Assembly (NCBI GenBank): GCA_902766875.1
Contig: CACXFI010000072.1
Span: 1 to 34,828 of the forward strand
Reading direction: 5' to 3'
DNA: 34,828 nt
Source: an uncultured Erysipelotrichaceae bacterium
GTDB taxonomy: Bacteria; Bacillota_I; Bacilli_A; RF39; UBA660
The notes below the pieces were generated by a model that was not told where the DNA came from, did no database searches, and saw only the letters and a program-made list of their open reading frames with translations. The position numbers were made by a program, and so were the translations under genes. Below are positions 18,188-26,429 of the stretch, piece after piece; position 1 is the first letter of the stretch; each line of letters begins with the position of its first letter.

Positions 18188-18883
18188 CTACTTTCTTTCT
18201 CTAAATGGTTGAATCAAGAATATTGAAATAAACATTCTAAACATATATTTTACAGTGTGTGAAAAATTAAATGATGATTCACCAAATTCTCTATTATTCA
18301 TTTCAACTTTTATCTCTTCTATTTTTTTACCTTTTAAAAGCATATATGCTAAAGTATCTGGCTCAGGTGGATTATTTATGTCATTAGCATAATCGGCGAT
18401 AGTTTCTTTATTATAAGCTCTCATACCACTGGTCGGATCATAAATTACTTTTTTAGAGACAATTGCTATAGCTAAGGTGATTAATCTGCTCCCAATCATC
18501 CTCAAAGTAAAAGGTCTTTTACTTTCAACGAATCTTGAACCAATGACGATATCATTATTATCTAAAGAATCAACTAATTCTTTTATGTATTTAGCTTGAT
18601 GTTGTCCATCACCATCAAATTGGATTGCTACATCATAATCATTTATTAAGGCATATTTCAATCCGGTTTGAACAGCACCAAATAAGCCTAAATTTTGTAT
18701 TAAATCGATGTAATTATAATTGTTTTCTTTTAATATATCTAAAGTGTTATCTTTAGAACCATCATTTATAACAATATAATCTGTTTCTGTAGCGTTGTTT
18801 ATAACATCCTCTACAGTTTTTACAATGTTATCAGCTTCGTTATAAGCTGGAATAATAACTAATACTTTTTTATTTTTCTTCAT
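18188..18883 (-). CDS. GT2 polyprenyl-phosphate sugar synthase, soluble GacI/WpsA/DPM1 type
   Basis: VLVIIPAYNEADNI...IVINDGSKDNT...QFDGDGQH (DxD)...GSRF. It has no C-terminal TM helices. The ATG at 18883 is preceded by AAAGGAGA with a 7-nt spacer; the track start at 18919 lacks an SD. Confidence 0.8.
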   Translation of the reverse strand: MKKNKKVLVIIPAYNEADNIVKTVEDVINNATETDYIVINDGSKDNTLDILKENNYNYIDLIQNLGLFGAVQTGLKYALINDYDVAIQFDGDGQHQAKYIKELVDSLDNNDIVIGSRFVESKRPFTLRMIGSRLITLAIAIVSKKVIYDPTSGMRAYNKETIADYANDINNPPEPDTLAYMLLKGKKIEEIKVEMNNREFGESSFNFSHTVKYMFRMFISIFLIQPFRERK

Positions 18884-18930
18884 TCTTACTTCTCCTTTAG
18901 TCTGTAATATTACTATCAATATTTAAAGTG

Positions 18931-20442
18931 CTATGAAAAAATTCCTTTTAAAACTTGAATTGTATCTTTAAATGTTTTTTTATCACTTAAGTAACCTGTT
19001 ACTATATAAATTAATACGATAATAATAGATATTATTATAGCATATATAAACCATTGAAGGTAACCAGTTATAGATATATTTAAGGTTAATTCTGAAACAA
19101 TGATTATTAATAATCCAATTATTGTATACAATAATAATCTTTTTATAATAATATCATTAGATTTATTTAAAATAAATTTATCTGAGTACCAAATGAAATT
19201 AATCGCTCTATATATAGCTGAAAGTAAGCATCCAAGCATAGCACCATATATTCCAAAGAAATACATGAAAATAAGTTGCCCAAAGATATTAATTAATAAT
19301 TCTATTAAAGAATACTTTTTAGTTTCTTTAAAGTGGCCACTTGCTATTACCAATGTTCTTGATGGTATTTTTATATTATTAATTAATCCAACTAGAACAA
19401 GCATTGCTCCTAGAAGTGGTAACACATAATTAATATCTGTAATATTTCTCGTATAAATGGTTATAAATGGAATTATTAAAATATAGGCTATAGTATATAT
19501 TGAATAAACCATTAATAGATATATATATTCGAAAATATTATAGGATTTATTTAGAATGCTTTTTTCATTCTTAGCAACAACATCTCCAAATGAAGCATAT
19601 ATACCATTTGATACAACACTACATATCATATTAAGTCCTGAAAAGACTAACATATATACAGAATAAATACTAGCATATTTTAAACCAATGAATAGTGAAA
19701 TTAATATGATTGAACTATTATTTATTACTAAAGCAGTAATTTCATGGATAACGGCATCATTTCTCTGTGATATTTCTTTCATTAATGGTTTTTCTTTTTT
19801 ATCAATAAAGTTATAATTTTTTCTAAAGTGTATCCATAATATTAAAACTCTTGTTATATAAACAGCCATTGCTCCAAATTCAACTAAGATAATATTACAA
19901 TCAAGTTTAATTAATATAACGGATATGATAATATTAAAAATATTTCCAATTCCTTGGGCAATTGATATTAAATAATTTTTTTGATCGGCACTATATAGTG
20001 CTTGATATTTACCTATTAAATAAAATTCAGAAACTCCGCAAGCACCAAGCATAATAATTAAAGCAATGGTTGTAAATGGGCTTATATTATCTTTTACAAA
20101 CAGAGGATAAATAAAGGCAACTAAAAGCATAATAAAAGAAGATAAATTTCCAGCTTTTATGAACATTTTTTTTGTAGCATTAAAAATACCACTCAACTTT
20201 TTATAGTTTTTTTCAGCAAGTGGTTTATACATAACAAATGTACTTGAACTTGCTATTCCTGCTCCAGTGGTCTGGGCATACATTACAATTTGTTTTATAG
20301 TGGAAATTAATCCGTTAACAGCTGAACCATAATTTTGAATTATTAATGGTGGTAAGATAAAACCAGTAGCAATACTTATAACTTGCTGTATTATGTTGAA
20401 AAATAAATTTTTCAAGCTTTTTTTTGCTCGCATTACTTTCAT
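18931..20442 (-). CDS. Wzx-type (MOP superfamily) oligosaccharide or lipid-linked sugar flippase
   Basis: 503 aa with about 12-14 TM helices. The N-terminus KSLKNLFFNIIQQVISIATGFILPPLIIQNYGSAVNG is typical of polysaccharide-biosynthesis flippases. Met4 (20433) has better SD spacing than Met1. Confidence 0.8.
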   Translation of the reverse strand: MKVMRAKKSLKNLFFNIIQQVISIATGFILPPLIIQNYGSAVNGLISTIKQIVMYAQTTGAGIASSSTFVMYKPLAEKNYKKLSGIFNATKKMFIKAGNLSSFIMLLVAFIYPLFVKDNISPFTTIALIIMLGACGVSEFYLIGKYQALYSADQKNYLISIAQGIGNIFNIIISVILIKLDCNIILVEFGAMAVYITRVLILWIHFRKNYNFIDKKEKPLMKEISQRNDAVIHEITALVINNSSIILISLFIGLKYASIYSVYMLVFSGLNMICSVVSNGIYASFGDVVAKNEKSILNKSYNIFEYIYLLMVYSIYTIAYILIIPFITIYTRNITDINYVLPLLGAMLVLVGLINNIKIPSRTLVIASGHFKETKKYSLIELLINIFGQLIFMYFFGIYGAMLGCLLSAIYRAINFIWYSDKFILNKSNDIIIKRLLLYTIIGLLIIIVSELTLNISITGYLQWFIYAIIISIIIVLIYIVTGYLSDKKTFKDTIQVLKGIFS

Positions 20443-20455
20443 CCTTTCTTATATA

Positions 20456-20484
20456 ATTATCACATTTTATACAATAAAAGTCAA
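20456..20484 (-). promoter_or_regulatory. Sigma-70 promoter with extended -10 for the wzx-to-licD 11-gene operon
   Basis: On the minus strand: TTGACT (20484..20479), 17-nt spacer, then TGtGATAAT (-10 hexamer 20461..20456). It lies directly downstream of a terminator and about 14-23 nt upstream of the wzx start codons. Confidence 0.6.
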
Positions 20485-20512
20485 CAAATACATACAAAAA
20501 TTATAGTATATT

Positions 20513-20539
20513 AAACAAAAAAATGCTTAATAAAGCATT
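20513..20539 (-). terminator. Intrinsic terminator after the tagO-like gene
   Basis: On the minus strand: AATGCTT-TATT-AAGCATT hairpin (20539..20522) starting 1 nt after the stop, followed by TTTTTTTGTTT. Confidence 0.6.
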
Positions 20540-20540
20540 C

Positions 20541-21569
20541 TTATTTTTTGTCACGTTCAAAAATTACATCGGTCTTTGTAATTAAAAATATAACAAAAAC
20601 AAAAAGTAAAATATATGTCATAATTCCTAACTTACTATTTCCTAATGCATAAATAATTGAAGATATAGCAAATAATATATCAATTAGATAAATTATAATA
20701 ACTGTGTTCTTTTGAGAAAAATTTCTTTTTAAGAACTGATGATGTAAATGATTTTTGTCTGGCATTATTATGGATTTATGATTAATTAGTCGTCTTATGA
20801 TAGCAAATGATGTATCTAGTATAGGAATTGCCAATAATAGTGCTGGTATAATAAATGAAGTTAGAGTTAATGTTTTAAATCCTAATAGAGCTATTATAGA
20901 TATCATATACCCTAAAAACATACTACCAGAATCACCCATAAATATACTAGCTGGATTAAAGTTATAATATAAAAAACCTAATGTTGATCCTAACATAACA
21001 AAAGATAAAATTATATCTAATCCATTGGAATTATTTAGCATTATAGCGATAATACCTATTGTTAGGAAATATATTGAACTAATTCCTCCGGCTAAACCAT
21101 CTAATCCATCTATTAGATTAATACAATTAATAACAGAAACTATAAAGAGAATAGTTATTGGATAAGTGAAGACTCCAAAATTAATATAAATTCCAAAAAT
21201 ACTTATATCTTTAAGCAATATCTGACCATAACAGGCTACTACGACTGCAGAAATTAATTGTCCGATTATTTTGCATTTTGGGCTTATTGGTTTAATATCA
21301 TCTATAATACCTGTAATTATAATAATGAAGCTGCCTATTAGAATTGAATTCATTTGAATTGATTCTTTACCAAAAATAATATATCCTAAAATAAAACCAA
21401 CATAAATACCTAATCCCCCTAATCTAGGGATTGTTTTTTTATGTACTTTTCTTTCATTAGGTATATCCATAGCACCAATATGCTTAGCAATTTTCTTCAC
21501 TAATGGAATAAAAAATAAATTGAATATTAATGGAATAAATACCATTAATAATACTTGACTCATGTTCAT
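20541..21569 (-). CDS. tagO: Undecaprenyl-phosphate N-acetylhexosamine-1-phosphate transferase (WecA/TagO/GacO, MraY-like family)
   Basis: 342 aa with about 11 TM helices. Motifs IIDDIKPISP, NLIDGLDGLAGG, FMGDSGSMFLGY and HLHH are as in WecA/TagO. GGTGAGG SD. Confidence 0.85.
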   Translation of the reverse strand: MNMSQVLLMVFIPLIFNLFFIPLVKKIAKHIGAMDIPNERKVHKKTIPRLGGLGIYVGFILGYIIFGKESIQMNSILIGSFIIIITGIIDDIKPISPKCKIIGQLISAVVVACYGQILLKDISIFGIYINFGVFTYPITILFIVSVINCINLIDGLDGLAGGISSIYFLTIGIIAIMLNNSNGLDIILSFVMLGSTLGFLYYNFNPASIFMGDSGSMFLGYMISIIALLGFKTLTLTSFIIPALLLAIPILDTSFAIIRRLINHKSIIMPDKNHLHHQFLKRNFSQKNTVIIIYLIDILFAISSIIYALGNSKLGIMTYILLFVFVIFLITKTDVIFERDKK

Positions 21570-21591
21570 TGTATCAACCTCACCAGATAAT

Positions 21592-21620
21592 ATTTTATCA
21601 TATTACTATTATAAAAGCAA
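21592..21620 (-). promoter_or_regulatory. Putative internal promoter for tagO
   Basis: On the minus strand: TTGCTT (21620..21615), 17-nt spacer ending TGa, then TAAAAT (21597..21592), immediately after the galE stop. Chance matches are common in AT-rich DNA. Confidence 0.35.
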
Positions 21621-21622
21621 AA

Positions 21623-22627
21623 TTATCTATTATTTTTTTTAATATAATTATAAGAAGAAGACATCATATCATCTAAAGATAATTCAGCTTTCCAGTTTAA
21701 TTCTTTTAAAGCTTTTGAACTATCAGCATAGCATTCAGCTACGTCTCCATCTCTTCTAGGTGCTATAACATATGGTATTTTTATACTGTTTGTTTTTTCA
21801 AAAGCCTTTACCATATCTAGAACACTATATCCAGTACCTGTACCTAGATTATATATTTTTATATCTTTATTATTATCTATGTTTTCTAATGCTCTAATAT
21901 GACCTTTGGCAAGATCTACAACATGGATGTAATCTCTAATTCCAGTTCCATCTTTTGTATTATAATCATTACCAAAAATATTTAAGTGGTCTAATTCTCC
22001 CACTGCTACCTTCATAATATATGGCATTAGATTATTAGGAATACCATTAGGATTTTCACCAATTAATCCGCTACTATGAGCTCCTACTGGATTAAAATAT
22101 CTAAGTAAGACTATTTTCCATTCGTTATCAGATTTATATAAATCTTTTAATATTCCTTCTATGTATAGTTTAGTACTTCCATACGGATTAGTAGTTCCTC
22201 CTACTTCCATATCTTCTGTTAATGGTAACTTTTTTGGTGTTCCATATACTGTAGCACTACTACTAAATATTAATTTTTTACAGTTAAATTCTTCCATTGT
22301 TTCGCATAATGATAGAGTACTATCAATATTATTTCTATAATACATAAGTGGTTTCTTAACTGACTCACTTACCGATTTAAAACCCGCGAAATGAATAACT
22401 GCATCTATTTCATTTTCTTTAAATATTTTTCTTAAGCAATCTTTATCACATACATCATACTCATAAAATTTTACATCTTTACCAGTTATTTTTTTTATTT
22501 CATCTAATACTTCTATTTTAGAATTACTTAAATTATCAACAATAATGACTTCATCACCATTAGATAATAATTCAACGCAAGTATGACTACCTATATAACC
22601 AGTTCCACCTGTAACTAATACTTTCAT
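21623..22627 (-). CDS. galE: UDP-glucose/UDP-GlcNAc 4-epimerase
   Basis: VTGGTGYIGSH, SSSATVYG and YGSTKLYIE (S/YxxxK triad), NPVGAH, and a C-terminal GalE-like tail. GGAGGG SD with a 5-nt spacer. Confidence 0.85.
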   Translation of the reverse strand: MKVLVTGGTGYIGSHTCVELLSNGDEVIIVDNLSNSKIEVLDEIKKITGKDVKFYEYDVCDKDCLRKIFKENEIDAVIHFAGFKSVSESVKKPLMYYRNNIDSTLSLCETMEEFNCKKLIFSSSATVYGTPKKLPLTEDMEVGGTTNPYGSTKLYIEGILKDLYKSDNEWKIVLLRYFNPVGAHSSGLIGENPNGIPNNLMPYIMKVAVGELDHLNIFGNDYNTKDGTGIRDYIHVVDLAKGHIRALENIDNNKDIKIYNLGTGTGYSVLDMVKAFEKTNSIKIPYVIAPRRDGDVAECYADSSKALKELNWKAELSLDDMMSSSYNYIKKNNR

Positions 22628-22644
22628 TTTATCCCTCCAATTAT

Positions 22645-22673
22645 ATTATATCAAAATTTTATTATATTAACAA
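22645..22673 (-). promoter_or_regulatory. Putative sigma-70 promoter with extended -10 for galE
   Basis: On the minus strand: TTGTTA (22673..22668), 17-nt spacer, then TGaTATAAT (-10 hexamer 22650..22645). It would give a very short leader that starts near the SD. Confidence 0.4.
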
Positions 22674-22692
22674 TCTCAACTCTTATTTAATG

Positions 22693-23664
22693 TTATTTAT
22701 TCTTATTTGTTTTTTTATCTAAAAATGATTCTATATTATATCTAGGTCTTTCTTTAGTTTCAATATAGATTTTACCAATGTACTCACCTATTATGCCAAT
22801 TGAAAGTAGCTGTACTCCTCCTAGAAACCATAATGAGCAAAATAAAGATGCCCATCCACTTACAACGTTACCTAAGAAATAATTAACAATAGAATAGATT
22901 ACGAAGCCAATACTAAATAGGATAATTATTAATCCTAATATACCAATTAAAGTAATTGGTTTAATACTAAATGATGTTATTCCCTCAATAGCAAAACTAA
23001 CCATCTTTTTTAAAGAATATTTACTCTTACCTGCTAATCTTTCTAGTCTTTTATAGTGAACACAGTCTGTTTTGTATCCAAGTAAAGGTATTATTCCTCT
23101 TAAAAATAGATTTCTTTCTTTATACTTCGCTAATTCTTCCATAGATCTTTTACTCATAAGCCTAAAATCAGCATGATTATAAATAGTGTTAGTACCCATT
23201 ATACTCATAATTTTATAAAAACCTAAAGCTGTATGTTTTTTAAAAAAAGAATCTTTATCTCTATTACTTCTTACACCATAAACTATATCGCAACCATTTT
23301 GATATTTGTCTATCATTTCTTCAATAACATTTATGTCATCTTGTAAATCCGCATCAATTGATACTGACATATCACATAATTCAGCAGCTTTAATTAAACC
23401 TGCTAAAAGAGCTTTTTGGTGGCCAACATTAGCTGCTAAATTAAGTCCATATACATATTTATCTTTTTTATTAAATTCACTAATTAGTTGCCAAGTTTTA
23501 TCTTTGCTACCATCATTAACAAACATAATAAAACTATCTTTACTGATTTTTTTCTTTCTTATTAGTTCATCAATTAAATTACTAAGTTTGTTTTTTGTAT
23601 CTTTTAAAACTTCTTCTTCATTATAACAAGGAACAACGATTCCTAACTTATTTCCTTTTTTCAT
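22693..23664 (-). CDS. GT2 bactoprenol-phosphate sugar synthase, GtrB type (two C-terminal TM helices)
   Basis: LGIVVPCYNEEEVL...FVNDGSKDKT...SIDADLQDD, plus the C-terminal FSIKPITLIG...LLSIGIIGEYIGKIYIETKERPRY tail characteristic of GtrB/ArnC-like enzymes. Confidence 0.8.
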   Translation of the reverse strand: MKKGNKLGIVVPCYNEEEVLKDTKNKLSNLIDELIRKKKISKDSFIMFVNDGSKDKTWQLISEFNKKDKYVYGLNLAANVGHQKALLAGLIKAAELCDMSVSIDADLQDDINVIEEMIDKYQNGCDIVYGVRSNRDKDSFFKKHTALGFYKIMSIMGTNTIYNHADFRLMSKRSMEELAKYKERNLFLRGIIPLLGYKTDCVHYKRLERLAGKSKYSLKKMVSFAIEGITSFSIKPITLIGILGLIIILFSIGFVIYSIVNYFLGNVVSGWASLFCSLWFLGGVQLLSIGIIGEYIGKIYIETKERPRYNIESFLDKKTNKNK

Positions 23665-23684
23665 ACACTACCCCACAACTATAT

Positions 23685-24173
23685 TTAATTATTATCAATA
23701 TACTCACTAATTAGTTTTATCATATTCTTAGTGTTACTCTTGTATTTTATAGGTTTAAATGTTTTAGCTTTTATTAAAGCATCATTTAGTTTATTTAAAT
23801 CTTGTAAGCCTATGATATAACCTTTATCATTAAAGTTATTTATGATTTGAATTTGATGATCATTTACGTGTTCACCATATTTAGACAGCCTAGGAACAGA
23901 TATAATAGTCTTATTATGATATAATCCTGTCATAATGCTACCTACTCCACCATGAGTAATTAATAAGTCACAATCAGTTATTAACTTTTCAAATTTATCT
24001 CTATCTATTAAATTTAAAATTTTCATATTTTTACTTTTATATTTAGTAAATCCAGCCTGTACTATTACTTCATCTTTAATATTTCCTTTTTTAATTTCTC
24101 TATCGATAGCTTTTAGTAATCTATCAAATGGTTTATCTTGAGTTCCTAAAGTAACAAAAATCAAAATATCCAC
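23685..24173 (-). CDS. Alg13-like glycosyltransferase catalytic subunit (Cps14G/EpsF/PssE type, Glyco_tran_28_C)
   Basis: N-terminus DILIFVTLGTQDKPFDRLL and the ITHGGVGSIMTG box. The annotated start is a GTG whose first G is the last base of a G6 run; a TTG three codons downstream is an alternative. Confidence 0.75.
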   Translation of the reverse strand: MDILIFVTLGTQDKPFDRLLKAIDREIKKGNIKDEVIVQAGFTKYKSKNMKILNLIDRDKFEKLITDCDLLITHGGVGSIMTGLYHNKTIISVPRLSKYGEHVNDHQIQIINNFNDKGYIIGLQDLNKLNDALIKAKTFKPIKYKSNTKNMIKLISEYIDNN

Positions 24174-24640
24174 CCCCCATATATAGCATTAGGGTAAAGG
24201 TCTAACATTGACTCCCATTGAACAATAAATAAATCTGCAAATTTATATACTATATTACCAGTTTTGGACTTAGTGTTAGTATTAGCAAAAGTTTCAATAA
24301 AAATTATTTTACTACCTAATAAATGTCCAATTAAACACATCGGGCCAGCTGTATGAGCACCAGTAGATATTATGTATTTTGGATTTATTTTAATGTAAAT
24401 AATTAAAGATTTGATAGTATTTAATAATAATTTAAAAGGATATATAATTTTAGCTGACTTATTAGTATAAGTACCTGGTATCAAAAAAGAAATATGTTTG
24501 TTATATTTATTTTTTAATATTAAATTATCTTTAGTTTTCTCTGTTACAATATGGTAATCATATTTATTAAACATATCTTTAAGCATTAATAATTCTGTTA
24601 AATGACCACCTGTACTTGCTATAAATAACACTTTTTTCAT
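24161..24640 (-). CDS. Alg14-like glycosyltransferase membrane-association subunit (Cps14F/EpsE/PssD type)
   Basis: MKKVLFIASTGGHLTELLML...STGAHTAGPMCLIGHLLGSKIIFIETFA pattern. It overlaps the Alg13-like ORF by 13 nt. Confidence 0.75.
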   Translation of the reverse strand: MKKVLFIASTGGHLTELLMLKDMFNKYDYHIVTEKTKDNLILKNKYNKHISFLIPGTYTNKSAKIIYPFKLLLNTIKSLIIYIKINPKYIISTGAHTAGPMCLIGHLLGSKIIFIETFANTNTKSKTGNIVYKFADLFIVQWESMLDLYPNAIYGGWIF

Positions 24641-24664
24641 ACAATCATCTCAAGATTAGTATAA

Positions 24665-24695
24665 CAAAAAAAAATATATAAGTAAACTTATATAT
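24665..24695 (-). terminator. Intrinsic terminator after the deacetylase gene
   Basis: On the minus strand: ATATATAAGT/ACTTATATAT inverted repeat (24695..24674) followed by a run of about nine T, 8 nt downstream of the stop. A possible TTTACT-N17-TGtTATACT promoter (24686..24658) overlaps it. Confidence 0.6.
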
Positions 24696-24703
24696 TCAAA
24701 ATT

Positions 24704-26377
24704 TTAGCTTATATAACTAATAAAAGTGTTTAATGTAATATCACTACCAATAACATATCTAGGTATTTTATATTTATCTACATTTCTTGTGGCTTTATAT
24801 CCACCACCAACAAAAGCTATTTTAAATCCTTTTTCTTTTAGTGCCTTAATTGCTGTATCATTATAAGCATAAAAAGGGAAACAAAAGGCTGTATTACTAT
24901 CAGATAAATTTATTGACTTTTCTAAATCATTTAACATTTCATCATAAGATGCACATAAGAATTGTGAACCACGAGGTTGAGATTCGCAAATACCTTCTCT
25001 ATGCATATTCCATGTATGAGATTGTATTGATAGAAAATTAGATCTATAATTATCAGGGCTCCACCATGCACTAATTAGAAATAAAGTTGCATTTATCTGA
25101 TACTTTTCTAGTAAAGGAATTAATATGTTTCCATTATGTAAGCCTGTCCCCATCGCACCATCATCTATTGTTAATAAAACGCTTTTTCTGGGTAGTTCTA
25201 TTTCTCCATATATCCATTTCTTAAATTCATCAATTGTTAATGTTTTATAATTATTGTCTTTCAAATACTTTAATTGTTCTTCAAATTTACTAACTTCTAA
25301 GCAAATGTATTCATTGCAAGCTTCACCTTTACCGGAATTATAAAAAAAGTGATAATTTAATACTGCAATTGAGTAAGCATTCCCATTTAAGTTATTAGTG
25401 TTTGGGATTACTTTTTTAGGAATTATTTTTTCTTTATAATCTTCACCGTTTAATGCTTTTTTTATGATTTCATCATTGTTATTTTTTTTAATTATATAAC
25501 TTGATAAGTTATCTAATTTATCTCCGACTTTAGTAGTTTTATTGTTATCTGATAATTTTATTCCATCTGAATCACTAATGTTTTCAAAATACAAATTATA
25601 TTTTTTCTCTAAATCATTTAAATCAGTATTATCTGTTTTAATTATTAGAATTGCTTTTTCTTTTAAACGAATATTATTATTTAACCATTTTTTATAATCT
25701 TCTATAGTTATACTGTAATATCCATTTTCATTTAGATATTTCAAGTTTTTTTCTATTGTTTCTTTGTCTAAATTATCATAATGTAATATACTGATAAAAG
25801 AACTTTCATTGGTATTAGTATTTATATTTTCTACCATTGTAGATTCATCTTTTGAAATCGATAGTATTCTATCAAAATATTCAACATAATAGTATTTTTC
25901 ATCTTGATATAAAATTGGCAAATTTGCTATTTCATTTATTTCAATTATTTTAGTATCATTATTATAAAATATTGTTTTATCTATCGTGGACGCATTTTCA
26001 TTAAATACTAAATAATTATCTGGTATTTTTTTTGATATTTCATTTTTTTCTGTTGGAATGACATTCGCATAATATAAATAATAATTTGTATTATATATAT
26101 TAAAGTATTTAGTTTTTTCGTCAAAATTATCTATTTTAGATAAGTTTAAATTTAATTCTTCATAAATTTTCCCTACTTTAGAATATTTTCCATTTTTAAA
26201 TATATAAATATTAGATTTAGGTACATTTTTAATATTTACTGAATAGCGACTTTTAATATCCAATATTAGCTGTTCAGTTTTATAGTCTTGATATTTTATA
26301 TATATAAAAAATATAATAAGAGCTGTTGTTATTATTATTAAAAATATTATTATTATTTTTTTCCCCAATTTATTCAT
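24704..26377 (-). CDS. Membrane-anchored polysaccharide deacetylase (NodB/CE4 domain) with an internally duplicated N-terminal half-domain
   Basis: N-terminal TM helix. C-terminal LLTIDDGAMG (Asp-Asp motif), SHTWNMH (His motif) and FCFPFYAY. The ATG at 26377 is preceded by AGGTGA; the track start at 26386 is a GTG. Confidence 0.75.
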   Translation of the reverse strand: MNKLGKKIIIIFLIIITTALIIFFIYIKYQDYKTEQLILDIKSRYSVNIKNVPKSNIYIFKNGKYSKVGKIYEELNLNLSKIDNFDEKTKYFNIYNTNYYLYYANVIPTEKNEISKKIPDNYLVFNENASTIDKTIFYNNDTKIIEINEIANLPILYQDEKYYYVEYFDRILSISKDESTMVENINTNTNESSFISILHYDNLDKETIEKNLKYLNENGYYSITIEDYKKWLNNNIRLKEKAILIIKTDNTDLNDLEKKYNLYFENISDSDGIKLSDNNKTTKVGDKLDNLSSYIIKKNNNDEIIKKALNGEDYKEKIIPKKVIPNTNNLNGNAYSIAVLNYHFFYNSGKGEACNEYICLEVSKFEEQLKYLKDNNYKTLTIDEFKKWIYGEIELPRKSVLLTIDDGAMGTGLHNGNILIPLLEKYQINATLFLISAWWSPDNYRSNFLSIQSHTWNMHREGICESQPRGSQFLCASYDEMLNDLEKSINLSDSNTAFCFPFYAYNDTAIKALKEKGFKIAFVGGGYKATRNVDKYKIPRYVIGSDITLNTFISYIS

Positions 26378-26429
26378 TCTAATCACCTGATGTTTCTATT
26401 ATTAACATATTTATAAATAATATAAATAT

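Noticed and set aside
20315-20497. 60-aa minus-strand ORF overlapping the wzx 5' end and its promoter
   Set aside because: It is out of frame with wzx and starts upstream of the predicted -35 element. It has no SD and no recognisable motif, so it is most likely spurious.
24658-24686. TTTACT-N17-TGtTATACT promoter-like match overlapping the terminator upstream of the Alg14-like gene
   Set aside because: Its -35 element lies within the terminator stem and the downstream SD is poor. It is plausible but not distinguishable from chance in this composition, so it is mentioned only under the terminator feature.
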